Positions 62,978 to 64,000 of a stretch of DNA of 64,000 bases are shown here, piece after piece; the stretch's first letter is position 1; every line of letters starts with the position of its first letter. Source of the DNA: Zancudomyces culisetae HAW-14-8 (lineage: Eukaryota > Fungi > Kickxellomycota); contig JBNJNM010000011.1 of NCBI GenBank assembly GCA_052426225.1, positions 2,914,001 through 2,978,000 of the forward strand. Direction: 5' to 3'. Under the pieces are notes generated by a model. The model did no database searches, was not told where the DNA came from, and worked only from the letters and a program-made list of their open reading frames with translations. The position numbers were made by a program, and so were the translations under genes.

Positions 62978-63055
62978 GTGTATGGGTGTATGGGTGTATG
63001 GGTGTATGGGTGTATGGGTGTATGGGTGTATGGGTGTATGGGTGTATGGGTGTAT
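62978..63055. repeat. Perfect octamer microsatellite (GTGTATGG), about 9.7 units
   Basis: Nine evenly spaced GGG runs just after the kinase stop codon. Confidence 0.95.
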
Positions 63056-63175
63056 AGCTCCATAGTTCCATAGCCCCATATAATCATGTGGATATCATTC
63101 GTTTGCACAACTTTAGCGTGCTATTATAAAATACATTGTAACAAATCTCCAAATCTCCAAATCTCTAAATCACTC

Positions 63176-64000
63176 TTATTTTTTGATGTACAATACATAT
63201 AAATATACTTCGCTTGATGCTACAACTATTGATGAAAGCATCGATAGTAACACTCTCTATTTCGTGAATACAACATATATTAGTCATATACTAACAATAA
63301 GATCAGCCCAATCTCCTAGTATTTAAATTTGATAATCTGTAATAAATAAATAAATTTGGGTATTTTTATTCGCTTACATATCCTATAGTTTCCATCGCAG
63401 TTCTTGAAACCACAAACACTGCTATCCCAACTCCAATTGCACTTAAAAGTATATTTATTACTGCCGTTATACTTTGTGAAATATACTCATCATCCTCGTT
63501 CGTTGTATAACCAATACTATCGGTGGCTCTAAATATACTACCAGTGTTATGGACCAAAGTATCATTGACTGATGATCTATTGTTTTCAACACTGATACCT
63601 GCTACTTTTTTAGGCCAATGCTCCATCATTTGCCTCCTCGCTTTGCTTGGCCGCTGTTTCTCACTACTCAGATTACTGGTCATACAAAAGTATTCATATT
63701 GCTTCAATTGTATTTCCGTTTCTTTTCGTAGCTTTTTCACTTGTTCTCTTTCTGAAACTGAAGTATGTGGTTTTCTGAACTCAGGAATATATATCTCTGA
63801 TCCTGATAGGTATGTATGCAGCCATTTTCGTTCTATTTTTACATAGATTGGTTTGTTATTTCTGCTATGGATCTATTTGCATCTCATACTTTTCATAATT
63901 TTTTCATCAGCCTTTTATTCGCTGATGTTATTTTCCATCTTTTTCTTTCGTTTTTATCCTCAGCTTTGTTCTTCACCTTCAATACTCATATATCTTTACT
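63176..64000 (-). CDS. VMA12: V-ATPase ER assembly factor Vma12/TMEM199, 5' end outside the window
   Basis: LKQYEYFCMT and ITAVINILLSAIGVGIAVF, then an intron and a last exon RVLLSMLSSIVVASSEVYLYVLYIKK*. Confidence 0.75.

Noticed and set aside
57626-63055. CRISPR-like arrays
   Set aside because: The repeats are head-to-tail with no unique spacers, in a eukaryotic context with no cas genes.
1-64000. Selenoprotein, SECIS or tRNA-Sec (some early-diverging fungi use selenocysteine)
   Set aside because: I found no in-frame TGA in a redox-type motif, no convincing SECIS in a 3' UTR and no tRNA-Sec by eye. Selenoprofiles/Secmarker would be needed to exclude them.

Overview
AT-rich, intron-containing eukaryotic (fungal) DNA with about 23 protein-coding genes, canonical GT-AG introns and many homopolymers and microsatellites. 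Gene content and style suggest an early-diverging fungus, possibly Zoopagomycota/Harpellales; this is an inference, not shown by the sequence. Recognisable genes: MED15/GAL11-like, a LEA_2-type membrane protein, CDT2/DTL, casein kinase I, an APH-family phosphotransferase, ARG8, TFIIE-alpha, complex I subunit NUUM (spliced, absent from the ORF track), PRE3, a PPR protein, SSU72 (frameshifted at an A9 run), MZT1, two GH72 Gas paralogues around HSDL2, a protoglobin-like protein with a C-terminal membrane anchor, VID27, an HMG-box factor, DCP2, NNF1, a PDK/BCKDK kinase and a partial VMA12. I saw no rRNA, tRNA, CRISPR array or intact transposon. The best leads are: the HMG-box gene with clustered HMG sites in its own promoter (ROX1-like autoregulator or mating-type candidate), the tail-anchored globin, an unannotated micro-exon gene or pseudogene containing a Stowaway-like palindrome, the SSU72 frameshift, and a metazoan-like DCP2 C-terminal motif. 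All exon structures were derived by hand and need RNA confirmation.
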